Source: an uncultured Actinomycetota bacterium (GTDB lineage Bacteria > Actinomycetota > Actinomycetes > Actinomycetales > Microbacteriaceae). Taken from it: a stretch of DNA of 64,000 nucleotides. The position numbers and the translations under genes are program-made. The DNA is taken from NCBI GenBank assembly GCA_963772395.1, contig CAVYWV010000002.1:1342845-1406844 (forward strand), written 5' to 3'. Under the pieces are notes generated by a model that did not search any database, was not told where the DNA came from, and was given only the letters and a program-made list of their open reading frames with translations. Shown in pieces: positions 44,709-55,586 of this stretch. Each line of letters starts with the position of its first letter. Position 1 is the stretch's first letter.

Positions 44709-45465
44709 GTGAGCGAGAACGCGGCAGCCGGCGAGACCACCCCGACGGCGCCACCAGCCAAGCCCGCAAGCGACATTCCCCCTGTGCCTCCTCTGCCGCC
44801 CGTCACGCCGGCGTATGTCGCACCACCGCTGCCGCCGTATGCGGCCGGAGCGGTGGCGGCCGGCGGTTCGATGCCGCACTACCCACCTGCGGATCACGCG
44901 ACGCAGCAGTACGCGACTCTGCCGTACGGATCTGAACAGGGGTATGCCGCGCCGCAGGGCTACGGCGCCCCACAGGGCTACGGCGCACGCACAGGGCTAC
45001 GTGCCGCCAGAGGGGTACGCGCCGCCGCCGCAGGGCTACGGTCCGTACGCTCCCCCGGGGTGGTCGGCACCCCCCTCCGCCGGACCGGGTCTCGGAATCA
45101 TCGCCTTCGTACTCGCCGTGCTCGCAGCCGTCGGCGCGAGCGTCGTCGGATCGTTCGCCGGCTACCGCATCGGCCTGGGAACAGCGCGTGACATCATGAT
45201 CGACCCCACGGACTTCGACTTCGACTGGTCGATTCTCACGCCGGTGCGCGAGTGGGTCCTGCTCGGCGAGCTGTCATTCTGGGCCGGGACGATCCTCGGA
45301 ATCTGGGCGATCGTGCAGGGGATCATCGCGATCGTGAAGAACCGCGGGCGAGGATGGGGCATCGCGGCGGTCGTGGTGGCCGCCATCGGTCCGATCGTCT
45401 TCGCCACCGGTGTGCAGGCGTTCCTGGCCGCCGGCTTCGCTTCGGGAGCCTCGATCGGCGCCTGA
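44709..45465 (+). CDS. Pro/Gly/Tyr-rich N-terminus plus 3-TM membrane protein (frameshift near 44985)
   Basis: TAGGAT -10 then GTG; PQGYGA repeats; LGIWAIVQGIIAI..RGRGWGIAAVVVA. Confidence 0.7.
44935..45045 (+). repeat. Degenerate 18-bp coding tandem repeat (PQGYGA)
   Basis: Repeated CCGCAGGGCTACGGC-like units, about 6 copies. Confidence 0.7.
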
Positions 45466-45470
45466 GTCCG

Positions 45471-46056
45471 CTACACCCGCGGTGCGTGGTGCTTCTGCTG
45501 CGCGGCGAGGAGCCCCTCGTCCACGAGCTGCTCGACCGCATCAGCCGCGTCGGCGAGCAGAATCGGAAGGTTCTTGCGCTCGGTCGCCCCGAACGGATCG
45601 AGCACCCAGTCGGCGGGATCCTGCCGACCGCTGGGGCGACCGATCCCCACGCGCACGCGTGCGAATTCGGTCGAATCCAGTGCCTTGGCCACATCCCGAA
45701 CGCCGTTGTGGCCGCCGTGACCGCCGCCCGCCTTGAGCTTGATCGCATCGAACGGAATGTCGAGCTCGTCGTGCACGACGACGACCCGCTCAGGATCCAC
45801 CCCGTAGAACTTCGCGAGTCCGGCGACCGGACCACCTGAGACGTTCATGAACGTGTTGGGCTTGGCCAGGATCAGCTTGGCCCCGCCCGGGCGCAGCCAG
45901 GTCTCGGCGACGCGGGCGTTCGTCTTGTGCGCGCGGAAGGCCTCTCCGCGCCGCGCAGCGAGCTCGTCGATGCACCATCTGACCGACGTTGTGCCGGGTG
46001 AGCTCGTAGCGCGGTCCGGGGTTGCCCAGGCCCACGATCAGCCACGTGTCTGCCAT
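45471..46056 (-). CDS. pth: Peptidyl-tRNA hydrolase (frameshift near 45975)
   Basis: [41 protein letters not shown]. Confidence 0.96.
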
Positions 46057-46112
46057 GTCTCACATCCTGCCGGAAGCGCCCGGCGACCCCGGGCATCGGA
46101 GTCCGGAAAAGG

Positions 46113-46142
46113 GAAGGGGGAGCGAAATCCGCACCCCCCTTC
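46113..46142 (-). terminator. Intrinsic terminator after rplY
   Basis: Minus strand GAAGGGGGTGCG-gattt-CGCTCCCCCTTC followed by CCTTTT. Confidence 0.65.
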
Positions 46143-46154
46143 CCGACGTCGGGA

Positions 46155-46805
46155 TTACTCGGACTCGGTCTCGGCCTCGGTCTCGGCCTCGGACTCGAGC
46201 GCCTGCGCGGCGGCGACGGCAGCGTCGAGCTCGGCGATCTCGTCCTCGGCGGCGAGCGTCGACGACGGCACCGAGATGGCGACGATCAGCGTCTCGGGGT
46301 CGACGATCAGCGATGCGCCCTTGGGCAGCGTGAGCTCGGCAGCGGTGATGTGCGTGCCCTCCTCGAGGCCCTCGACGTCGAGCTCGATGCGCTCGGGGAT
46401 GTGCGTGGCCTCGACCTCGAGGAGCACCGTGTTGGCGTCCTGCGCGGCGATCGTGCCGGGCGCGGACTCGCCGATGATCGAGATGGGCACGTCGACCTGG
46501 ATCTTCTCGCCCTTCTTGACCACGAGCAGGTCGATGTGCTCGATGATCTGGTGCACAGGATCCTTCTGCACGTCCTTGACGAGCGTGAGCTGCTCCTTGC
46601 CGTTCACGTCGAGCTCGAGCACCGCGTTCGCGCGGCGGATCAGCAGCGCGACCTGGTGGCCGGGCAGGGCGACGTGCACCGGGGTGGTGCCGTGCCCGTA
46701 GATGACGGCGGGGATCTTGCCGGCGGCACGCAGACGGCGGGCGAAGCCCTTGCCGAAGTTCTCGCGGACCTCCGCGTGGACCTTGGTGTCGGTCTCGGTA
46801 ACCAT
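46155..46805 (-). CDS. rplY: 50S ribosomal protein L25/Ctc
   Basis: FGKGFARRLR..GKIPAVIYG, KDVQ.DPV..IIEHIDL; AAGGAG RBS. Confidence 0.97.
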   Translation of the reverse strand: MVTETDTKVHAEVRENFGKGFARRLRAAGKIPAVIYGHGTTPVHVALPGHQVALLIRRANAVLELDVNGKEQLTLVKDVQKDPVHQIIEHIDLLVVKKGEKIQVDVPISIIGESAPGTIAAQDANTVLLEVEATHIPERIELDVEGLEEGTHITAAELTLPKGASLIVDPETLIVAISVPSSTLAAEDEIAELDAAVAAAQALESEAETEAETESE

Positions 46806-46920
46806 GATGATTTCTCCTTGCGGGCACGCGGCCCGTTCTGATTCGGGCCACGGGGCCCAGGTATGGGGTCTGCATTCGACTCGAACGCGAGCGCGTGAGG
46901 AAAGCCGTGAGCCTGCATCA

Positions 46921-47000
46921 CTGCGTCGATCACGGATGCCGCACCCAGGCTTCTCAGCCGGTGCGAGGCATCCCTCGCCGAAGTTCAATCGCCAAGTCTA
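46921..47000 (-). promoter_or_regulatory. rplY promoter and structured 5' leader
   Basis: -10 TAGACT at 47000-46995, then GGCGAGGGAUGCC...GCACC-GGCU..AGCC-..GGUGC-GGCAUCCGUGAUCGACG multi-segment hairpin. Confidence 0.55.
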
Positions 47001-47080
47001 CCAGCGGCGATGCGCGCGGAAGCACAGCCCGCGAATGCACCGCTACGATGAAGACGCTCGCTTCTGCACCCGGAGGAATC

Positions 47081-47206
47081 ATGCTCGACAGCCAGACCGC
47101 CTCAGCAGTGCTCATGGGCACGATCGGCCTCATCTCGGCGCTGGGCCTCGTCGGCACCGTGCTCGCCTTCTGGTCGATGGGCCGCGCGGCCTACCGCAAG
47201 GACTGA
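47081..47206 (+). CDS. Small single-TM protein (41 aa)
   Basis: GGAGGA RBS, MLDSQTASAVLMGTIGLISALGLVGTVLAFWSMGRAAYRKD. Confidence 0.65.
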   Translation: MLDSQTASAVLMGTIGLISALGLVGTVLAFWSMGRAAYRKD

Positions 47207-47394
47207 TTCGCGTACGACCTCACGGCAGAGCCCTGTGAGTTCCGTAGAACGAATCGCAGGACAGCGCGCGCAGGCGTAGGTCCATGCTCACAACCGACGA
47301 GTCGCACCGGTGAGCACTTCGCCGCAGCGCCGTAACGCGGATCCGTCAGACTCTAGGCTGGAACTGAATCCCCCGTTTACCGCAAGGAGCAGGC

Positions 47395-48985
47395 GTGTCC
47401 TCGAACGAGAACCCGGCACAGACGAACATCTCGACCGATCGCGATCAGGACCCGGCATCCTCGACCGTCCACGAAGGCGCCCCCGCTCCTGAGGACGTCC
47501 CCCGTCCAGCTCCCGCAGCGACCGGTCCGGGCGCAGTCGCGGAGCCGGTGGCGAACATCGGTGTGGTCGGACTGGCGGTGATGGGCTCGAACCTCGCCCG
47601 CAATCTCGCCAGCCGCGAGGGCAACACGGTCGCGATCTACAACCGCAGTCATGACAAGACCGAGCACCTCGTCGGGCACGCACCCGGAGGCGGAGTTCGT
47701 GCCGGCCGGGACATACGAGGAGTTCGCGGCTTCTTTGAGCAAGCCACGCACGGCGATCATCATGGTCAAGGCCGGTGCGGGCACGGATGCGGTCATCGAC
47801 GCGCTCGTGAACGTCTTCGAGCCGGGCGACATCATCGTCGACGGCGGCAACGCCCTGTTCACCGACACGATCCGCCGCGAGAAGGCGGTACGCGAGACCG
47901 GGATCAACTTCGTCGGCGCCGGCATCTCCGGCGGCGAAGAGGGCGCATTGCTCGGCCCGTCGATCATGCCCGGCGGCTCGGACGAGTCCTGGGTCACCCT
48001 CGGCCCGATCCTCAAGAGCATCGCCGCGATCGCCGAGGGTGAGCCGTGCGTCACGCACGTCGGCCACGACGGCGCCGGGCACTTCGTCAAGATGGTGCAC
48101 AACGGCATCGAGTACGCCGACATGCAGCTGATCGCCGAGGCATACGACCTCATCCGCCGCGGCACCGGCAAGACCCCGACCGAGATCGCGGACGTGTTCG
48201 CCGAGTGGAACAAGGGCGAGCTGGAGTCGTACCTGATCGAGATCACCGCCGAGGTGCTCCGCCAGGTCGACGCAGAAACCGGCAAGCCGCTGGTGGACGT
48301 GATCCTGGACCAGGCCGGCGCGAAGGGCACCGGCGCGTGGACCGTTCAGACCGCCCTGGACCTCGGCGTGCCCGTCTCGGGCATCGCCGAAGCCGTCTTC
48401 GCCCGGTCTCTCTCATCCCACCCCGAGCAGCGCGCCGTCTCCGGCGGACTGCCCGGCCCCGTCGAGGGGCTCACGGTCGAGGACGCCGACGCGTTCATCG
48501 AGGACGTCCGCCTGGCCCTGTATGCGTCGAAGATCGTCGCGTACTCGCAGGGGTTCGATGAGATCCGCGCCGGTGCGGCCGAGTACGACTGGAACATCGA
48601 CCTCGGCGCGATCTCGAAGATCTGGCGCGGCGGCTGCATCATCCGCGCCCAGTTCCTCAACCGCATCGCCGACGCCTACGGGCAGACCCCCGACCTGCCG
48701 GTGCTGCTCACCGCCCCGTACTTCGTCGAGGCCCTCGGCCGTGCGCAGGGCTCGTGGCGCCGGATCGTCTCGATCGCCGCGGGAGCCGGCATCCCCGCCC
48801 CCGCGTTCTCCTCATCGCTGTCGTACTACGACGGCCTCCGCGCCGAGCGACTGCCCGCCGCCCTCGTGCAGGGGCAGCGCGACTTCTTCGGCGCGCACAC
48901 CTACAAGCGCATCGACAAGCCCGGCACCTTCCACACCCTCTGGTCGGGCGACCGCACCGAGATCGAAGCCGAAGACACCCACTAG
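47395..48985 (+). CDS. gndA: NADP-dependent 6-phosphogluconate dehydrogenase (frameshift near 47675)
   Basis: IGVVGLAVMG, YNRS, VDGGN, SGGEEGA, KMVHNGIEY, QRDFFGAHTY. Confidence 0.97.
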
Positions 48986-49156
48986 CGACGCGTTCGGCCG
49001 GCATCGCCGACTATGACGATGAGCACACGATGCGGCGTTCGGCCAGGGATGCGGTTATCAATTCGCTGAATTTCGCATAGGCTCCACCCAGGTATCCGCG
49101 GTGCGCGCTCGCGTGAGTGCGCGGCCTGTCCTGGTGGGGACGAAGGCGGCGTCCGC

Positions 49157-51568
49157 ATGGGGGTGCATGACATGGGCCTTTTCCGAACACACGTCCTGGC
49201 GATCGCGGTCACGACCGCACTGATCTTCCCGCTCGGGATCAGTTCTGCGTGGGCAGAGACGGCAACTCGACGCCGACGCCGACGCCGACCGTCACGCCGA
49301 CGCCGACCGTCACCCCGACGCCGACCGTCACCCCGACGCCCACCGTCACCCCGACGCCTACCGTCACCGTCACCCCGACGCCGACGCCAACGCCAACGCC
49401 GACCGTCACGCCGCCACAGACGGTCACGCCGATGCTCGCGCTTCCCGCACCCGTCAGCGACATCCCCAGCATGTCCATCCAGCTTCCGGCCGGGTACGAC
49501 ATCGCCGATCTGAATTCGTCGAAGGATCCGATTCCCACCGACCCTTCCGTCGAGCCGCACCCGGTCCTCACGCTCGTCGATCCGACGAATGCGGCGAACA
49601 ACAAAGAGAACGTGACGCTCGAAGCGATCAAGGGACGCGGCAACTTCACATGGACGTTGGAGAAGAAGCCCTACCAGATCAAGTTCGACTCCTCCACGGC
49701 CGTTCTCGGCATGCAGAAGGCCAAGACGTGGATCCTGCTCGCAAATCACGCTGATCCCTCCCTGATGCGCAACAAGAGTGGCGTTCGACCTCGCCGCCGA
49801 GTTCGGACTCCCCGCCACCCCCGACTCGACGATTCGTCGATCTGACGATCAATGGGCGAGTACGTCGGCAACTACCTGCTCACCGAGAAGGTCGAAGTCA
49901 AGACCAACCGGTTGGAGCTCACCGATCCGGGCGGCATCCTCCTGGAATTGGACAACATCTGTATGGCGCGGCCGAGGACTATCTACTTCAAGACGACGGC
50001 AAGCAGGTCGACTTTCGTCTTGAAAGACGCCGTCGGTGGCGTCGACGTGCACCGCTGGCCACCCCGGTCGCAGCCGCATATGACGACATCCAGTCCCACA
50101 TCGCGGAGTTCGAGGCACTCCTGTACGCCGCTGACCCCGACTGGTCGCAGATCAGCACGATGATCGACGTCGAGTCCTTCATCAAGTATTACTTCGTCGT
50201 TCGAGACAGCGGCGAACTCGGACGTCAGCCAGTCCAGCGTGTATTTCTGGCGTGACGGACCCGAACGACGTGCTCCATGCCGGACCGGTGTGGGACTACG
50301 ACATCGCGTTCGGGAGCTACGTGCCGAGGCGTTCGGTGGGCGACCCGGTACAGGACTATGTGAAGAACGCGCGGTTCCTGCGCGCTCAAGGCGGCAATGA
50401 CTGGTTCACTCAGCTCTTCCGCAACCCCGAGTTCGTCGACTCTCGCGAATGAGCTGTTCGAGACGCGAACTCGAACCCGAAATTGACGCTGTTGCCGGCC
50501 AAGGTCGACGCATACTCGGCCGCAGTCGACGCAGTCCGCCGCGGCGAACTTCACGCGGTGGCCGAATGTCCTCGGTGCGCCCGCCGTCTTCTACCCTCGG
50601 TCACCGTGTGGCCGCAGACCTGGGACGAAGAGGTGCGCAGGTGCGAGACTGGCTCGCCACGCGCGTCGCGCACCTGTCGAGCGCCTATGGCACGGGCATG
50701 CCGATCTTCCAGTACGCCACCCATGTGTCGGCGATCGGCTGGCAGAACGAAATGACGTCCGGTCAGATCGCGGGGACGACCGGGCGAGGCACTCCAGGTC
50801 GAGGCGCGTCGACCTCGCGCTGCTGCTCGAACACCGTGAGCGGCACCGTCCGAGAGTCGTGCACACGTGCAGGCCATCGGCTGGACCGCGTGGCAGAACG
50901 GCGACACGCGGCTCGGCACGACCGGCAGGGGACTCCAGCTCGAGGCCGTGCAGTTCGAGCTGACGGGCGACCTCGCGACACGCTACAACGTCTCGTACCG
51001 AGTTCATGTGCAGGCGGTGGGCTGGATGAACTGGGTCATGAACGGCACGATCGCAGGAACGAGCGGGCGGGCGCTGCAGATCGAGGCGATCCAGGTCAGT
51101 CTTCTGGAGAAGCCAAGTCCCCGCCGGCCGAAGTGTCAACGGTGACGTACAGCGCTCACATGTGCAGGCGAATCGGATGGATGGCGGAGGTCGCGGACGG
51201 TGCCATCGCGGGAACGACCGGCCGAGGCCTCGGCCATGGAAGCGCTGCAGCGCTGCTGCGACGAGCAATCTGTACTCGGGTGGTCTCGAGTACCGCGCCC
51301 ACGTCCAGGGGATCGGCTGGCAGGGCTTGGAATGATCACTCGGACTACATCGGCACGGTCGGTCGAGGGCTGCGCATGGAGGCGGTCGAGATCCGGCTGA
51401 CGGGTGAGCTCGCCGAGCATTACAACATCCGCTACAGGCCCACGTGGCCGGGAATCGGCTGGCAGGATTGGGTGACGGACGGGCAGACGGCGGGTACCAC
51501 CGGCCAGAGGCTCTGAGGTCGAGGCGCTCAGGATCGAGCTTGTGCCGAACGCTCGCCTGAACGACTGA
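49157..51568 (+). CDS. Secreted CotH-family kinase with Thr/Pro linker and six ChW repeats (many frameshifts; possibly pseudogene)
   Basis: Signal peptide ending AWA; (TPTPTV)n; CotH motifs IKGRGN.TW..KKPY.IKF, W.LLAN..D.SLMRN, Y.G.YLLTEK, IDVESF.KYY, GPVWDYD.AFG; repeats Y..HV..IGW......G..AGTTG..L..EA. Confidence 0.82.
49266..49430 (+). repeat. 18-bp / 6-bp tandem repeat encoding a Thr-Pro-Val linker
   Basis: ACCGTCAC(G/C)CCGACGCC(G/C/T) about 5 copies flanked by ACGCCG hexamers. Confidence 0.9.
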
Positions 51569-51574
51569 CGCGAG

Positions 51575-53121
51575 GTGGCGGATTCTCGGTGAGCGCAGCG
51601 ACACGCCGGTGGCGGTCGTGATCGCGTCGTGGCCACGCTCGTGCTGGTGGGAGCGGTCGCCTTCTCCGCGCTCTCTGCCATGCTCGCAGAAGACCCAGGC
51701 GAATCCGAGGTCAGCAGAGCGCGACCCCTGCTCCCCCGGTGATCATCGCCGCTCCGACCAGGGTGATCCTGACTCCGACCGTGACGACCCGACCACATCC
51801 CAGTCGTTCTCCTGGCTCGCGGGCGACGTGTCGCACGTGAACGGGACACGTGCAGATCCGCTCGACCGGCGGCGATGTGCGCACCGTCGACGCGCATGCT
51901 GCGGCGAACAGCGAACGGCAATCCGCTTCAGCACTTCTCGGCCACGGTCACCGGGCTCGAGCCGGCAACCGTTTACGACTACCGAGTCGGCCTCGAGGGC
52001 AGCTGGAGCGCGTGGTGGACCTTCTCGACCGCAGATCCGGCAGAGAAGGCCTTCCAGTTCATCTACTACGGCGATGCGCAGATCGGCCTGGACTCGACAT
52101 GGCCCTCGGTTGTCCGCCAAGCGCGAAGCGACCGCCCCGGACTCCATCGGCTCCGTGCACGCAGGTGATCTCATCAACCGGCCGCTGGATGAGACCGAGT
52201 GGGTCAACTGGTTCGCAGGAATGGGCGACTCCGCCGCGACGAAGAACGTCATGGCCGCGCCCGGAAACCACGAGTACATCGACGACCCCCTGCTTCGCGC
52301 ATGGAAGGCGAACTTCGAGTACCCGCACAACAATCCGACCCGCGCCACGAGCGGCTCACTCGCCGCACTCGCCGCGGGCGATTCCGACATCGCGCGGCAG
52401 TACGCCGCGTACTTCGACCATTGGTCGGCCTTCGCGGCCGAAACCGTCTACTTCACGGACTATCAGAACGTCCGGTTCATCACGGTGAACGCAACGCAGG
52501 ACGAGGGCTTCCTTACTCCGGCGAGTCTGCCCGCGTGCGAGCGACGACCGCTGTCCGTCGCACCAAGTCGGCGAACTGTGGACGACAGTTCCAAGCCTCC
52601 TGGCTCGATCAGGTGCTCAGGCGAGCACGGCGAAATGGAACGTGGTGACGTTCCATCAGCCGGTCTACTCGGCATCCGTGGGGCGCGACGAGCCCGTGCT
52701 GCGGGCGTACTGGGTGCCGATCTTCGAGGAGCAGGATGTCGACCTGGTGCTGATGGGGCACGACCACGTGTACGCCCGCGGGTACAACGACGATGACGAG
52801 ACGTCGGAGCCCGGCATCACGGACGGCCCGGTCTACGTCGTCTCCAACTCCGGGGCGAAGCACTACGAGCTGACGCCGGAAGACGACAACGTCTGGACGA
52901 GGAACAACGCGACGCAGGTCCGGCGAGGCGGTGGCGTCACGACCTATCAGGTGGTCGACGTCACCGATGACCGTCTGGTCTACCGGTCATACCTCGCCGA
53001 GAAGGCGCCCGATGCCACGACCGGCCGCAGCATCGGTGACGTCTTCGACGAGTTCACCGTCACGAAGACCGATGACGGGCGCAAATGGGTCACCGAGGCC
53101 GGAGTCGATCCCCCGCAATGA
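51575..53121 (+). CDS. Exported purple-acid-phosphatase-like metallophosphoesterase with FN3 domain (frameshifts)
   Basis: N-terminal TM/signal; FSATVTGLEPATVYDYRVG; GDAQ, HAGDLIN, PGNHE, FHQPVYS, DLVLMGHDHVYAR. Confidence 0.88.
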
Positions 53122-53138
53122 GGCACGCGGCCGGCCGG

Positions 53139-54464
53139 TCAGGCCGGCAGCACGTTGTGGTTGCGCGAGAAGACGTTCGACGGGTCCCACTCGCTCTTGA
53201 CCGCCGCCAGCCGAGCCATCGTCGCCGGGGGGAACATCTTGGCCGCGAACGCCGAGTCCGTCGAGGTCGAGAAGTTGCCGTACACGCCCGACCCGAACGC
53301 CTCGATCGCGTCCCACGCGGCAAGGATCGCGGGCCGGCTCTCGTCATCGATGAGCCCCGGAATGTCGAAGGCGCCGGCCATCGCGAACCACGTGGCGTCA
53401 CGGGCAGGGAACGCCGAGCCTTCCTGCGGCACGTCGGCGAACGAACCCCCGAGGGAGCGCAGGAGGAGCACCGACGCGGCATTCGCCTCGCGGAACGTGA
53501 CGAGCCTGTCGATCGCATCGTCGCCGAGCTCGCGCAGCAGCGTGTTTCCTCCGACGAAGCCCGGCATGGGCGCGTCGGGATCGGCGGCGGGCATGTCGAG
53601 CAGGATCTCGGGGTAGCGCGTGACCTCGATCGAGGACTCCACGACGCCGTCGCACGCGAGCAGCGGCGCGAGGGCCGCACGCGCGGCACCCTCGTCGTCG
53701 CCGATCCACACGGCGGTGATGGTCGCTCCCGCAGGCGCGCTCGGATCCATCGCCGGAACGTCCATGAACGTGACGGTCAGCTCCCGCGGGGCGTCGCGGA
53801 GCGTGTCGCGCAGAGCGCGCAGAACGGGCCGCGAGTCACCGCTGACGCCCAGGGTCGCGAACACCACCGACGACAGCGGGTGGGCCCGGAAGTCGAAGCG
53901 GGTGACCACGCCGAAGTTGCCGCCGCCGCCGCGCAGGGCCCACATCAGCTCGGGGTACGCGGCATTCGTCACCTCCACGACGTCGCCTGAGGCTGTCACG
54001 AGCTGCGCGCCGATGAGCTGATCGGCCGCAAGCCCCCAGGCGCGCACCATCCAGCCGATGCCGCCGCCGAGGGTCAGCCCGCCGACTCCGACCGAGGCTG
54101 TGTCCCCCGAGCTGATGCCGAGGTCGTGCCCGCTGAGAACCTCGGCCACGTGACCCCACGTCGCCCCGCCGCCGACGCTCACGCGGGTCCCGTCGACCTC
54201 GACGTCGTCGAGCGCGGTGAGGTCGAGGGCGAGCCCGCCGGGAACGCTTCCCCACGCGCTGTGGCCGCCGCCGCGCACCACGATCGGCACATGCTGATCG
54301 GCCGCCCAGCGCACCGCCGAGACGACGTCGGCGACAGAACCGACGCGCACGATCGCATCGGGCTCACCCGTGCCCGAATGGAAGTGCCGCGCCGACTCCC
54401 ACCCGTCGTCACCCGACACCACCACACGCTCCGGGAGCGCCGAAATCAGCTCATCGATCCGCAT
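53139..54464 (-). CDS. FAD-binding oxidoreductase (BBE/VAO family)
   Basis: VRGGGHS, VGVGGLTLGGG.G, LRGGGGNFGVVT, Y.NF, K..WDP.NVF..NHN. Confidence 0.92.
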   Translation of the reverse strand: MRIDELISALPERVVVSGDDGWESARHFHSGTGEPDAIVRVGSVADVVSAVRWAADQHVPIVVRGGGHSAWGSVPGGLALDLTALDDVEVDGTRVSVGGGATWGHVAEVLSGHDLGISSGDTASVGVGGLTLGGGIGWMVRAWGLAADQLIGAQLVTASGDVVEVTNAAYPELMWALRGGGGNFGVVTRFDFRAHPLSSVVFATLGVSGDSRPVLRALRDTLRDAPRELTVTFMDVPAMDPSAPAGATITAVWIGDDEGAARAALAPLLACDGVVESSIEVTRYPEILLDMPAADPDAPMPGFVGGNTLLRELGDDAIDRLVTFREANAASVLLLRSLGGSFADVPQEGSAFPARDATWFAMAGAFDIPGLIDDESRPAILAAWDAIEAFGSGVYGNFSTSTDSAFAAKMFPPATMARLAAVKSEWDPSNVFSRNHNVLPA

Positions 54465-54513
54465 CGCACAGACGTTACCAAGGGGGGCGGACACCCTCGA
54501 GAGGGCGCGACCG

Positions 54514-55529
54514 CTACAGCCAGCCCTTGTGCTTGAACACCTTGTACAGCGTGAAGCTCGTCGTGGCCATCAGCGCGAGGGCCATCGGGTAGCCCAGCAC
54601 CCAGTGCAGCTCGGGCATGTAGTCGAAGTTCATGCCGTAGATCGTGCCCACCAGCGTCGGCGCGAAGAGGATCGCCGCCCAGCCCGACACCTTCTTGACC
54701 TGCTCGTTCTGGGTGAGCCCGAACTCGGTCATCTTGGCCATCGCATCGTTCTGGCGCTGCGTCACCAGCGTCGCATGCAGCAGCAGCGCGTTCTCGAGGA
54801 TCGTCCGGAAGCTCGCCGAGCGCTCGACGATGCGGATCGCGTGGTCGTGCACATCGCGCAGCGACCGCTTGACCTCCAGGTCGATGCCGAACGACTCCGC
54901 GTCGGCCTGAAATCTCTCCAGGATCGGCACGAGCGGCCCGACCGCCCGCTGGAAGTCGATGACCTCGCGGGTGAGCCCGAAGATGCGGCGTGCCACCGCC
55001 GGATCGTTCGCGAAGAGCTGGTTCTCGATCTCGTCGATGTCGTTCTCCAAGCCGATGACGACCGGCTCGTACTCGTCGACGACCTCGTCGATGATGCCGT
55101 ACAGCACCGCCATCGGGCCGCGGGCGAGCAGCTCCGGATCGCTTTCGAGGCGATGACGGACGCGGGCGAGATCCGGCGATTCGGCGTGACGCACGGTCAC
55201 GACGAAGCCGGGACCGGCGAAGACGTGCACCTCGCCGAACTCGACCTCCTCGGTCGCATCCACGTACCGGGCGGGACGCAGACGACGAACACGGAATCTC
55301 CGTAGCGATCGAGCTTCGGTCGCTGATGGCCGTTCAGCGCGTCCTCGACGGCGAGCGGATGGAGGCCGAACTCGTCCGCGATCTCACGCAGCTCAGCCTC
55401 GTCAGGCCGATACAGCCCGATCCAGGCCATGCCGTGACGCTCGCTCATCTCCTCGAACGTCTGGTCCAGCGATGAGGGGTCAGAGGTGCGGCGCCCGCTG
55501 ACGTAGATGGCATTGTCGACGACTGTCAT
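54514..55529 (-). CDS. corA: CorA family Mg/Co transporter (frameshift near 55275)
   Basis: GLHPLAVEDA..HQRPKLD.Y, PTLVGTIYGMNF..MPEL.W..GYP. Confidence 0.95.
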
Positions 55530-55586
55530 TTCACTCCCGCGCACACTCTACGTGCCGACCGGCGCGGTATCGGGCACGATGGCAGG

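Noticed and set aside
49266-49430. Possible CRISPR array
   Set aside because: Contiguous 6/18-bp units with no unique spacers, in frame inside a CDS, and no cas genes
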